DNA of 64,000 nt. Source: Myxococcota bacterium (GTDB taxonomy: Bacteria; Myxococcota_A; SURF-8). The position numbers were made by a program, and so were the translations under genes. Under the pieces are notes generated by a model, which saw only the letters and a program-made list of their open reading frames with translations, made no database searches and was not told the origin of the DNA. The stretch's first letter is position 1. Every line of letters starts with the position of its first letter. Below are positions 63,815 through 64,000 of the stretch, one piece after another. The DNA is taken from the NCBI GenBank assembly GCA_963674735.2, contig CAXXQS010000001.1, positions 640,001-704,000 on the forward strand, read 5' to 3'.

Positions 63815-64000
63815 TGAAAGAATACACGGCTATAATTCGTGAAACGGCCAAACGCCTGCTTTCGGAGAAAACGGTCGACGCATTTGTCGGCTATCGGAAG
63901 GGGAGTGTGCCGATGGTCAACCAGCCGGTCGTCATTACCGATCCGGCTCAGGCCGATGAACTTGTTTGGGATCGCAATTGCGCTCTTAATCTCACCAATT
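63814..64000 (+). CDS. FlxC / FdhB-FrhB-like 4Fe-4S protein (3'-truncated by window edge)
   Basis: TGATG coupling; MKEYTAIIRETAKRLLSEKTVDAFVGYRKG...LVWDRNCALNL matches the N-terminus typically found after mvhD in hdr-flx clusters; not in the ORF track. Confidence 0.75.
   Translation, partial: MKEYTAIIRETAKRLLSEKTVDAFVGYRKGSVPMVNQPVVITDPAQADELVWDRNCALNLTN

Overview
A 64-kb chromosomal window from a GC-rich diderm bacterium. It is probably an anaerobic deltaproteobacterial or Myxococcota-related lineage (inference from Myxococcota-style Cys-rich lipoproteins and an AgmX/PglI-like domain occurring together with an Hdr-Mvh/Flx electron-bifurcation operon). I found no rRNA, tRNA, CRISPR array, transposase, integrase or phage gene. 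Housekeeping genes (TlpA-like, DHH phosphoesterase, cyclophilin, M19 dipeptidase, ZnuABC-type transporter, pgi, plsB-like, hdr/mvhD/flx) alternate with many secreted or lipid-anchored acidic, disulfide-rich proteins, many with an Asp-Gly-Asp (DGD) repeat linker. The most interesting loci are: (1) a four-gene lipoprotein operon in which a GH13 and a GH15 enzyme sit on EGF/laminin-EGF repeat stalks, next to a stalkless GH13 and a non-catalytic EGF-only lipoprotein, a candidate surface alpha-glucan (glycogen/starch) degrading assembly; (2) a 3756-aa secreted mosaic protein ending in a non-catalytic FGE-sulfatase/C-lectin-fold domain, with an in-frame G9 tract, followed by two DGD/Cys-rich lipoproteins; (3) three tandem paralogous ~780-aa lipoproteins of unknown family, the middle one with very strong codon bias; (4) a plsB-like / catalytically degenerate gpsA / App1-like phosphatase operon; (5) a two-Ntn-hydrolase plus outer-membrane-barrel operon whose C45-like enzyme has Ser in place of the catalytic Cys; (6) a multi-hairpin leader ahead of the hdr-flx operon. 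All calls come from reading motifs by eye; no searches or computations were run.
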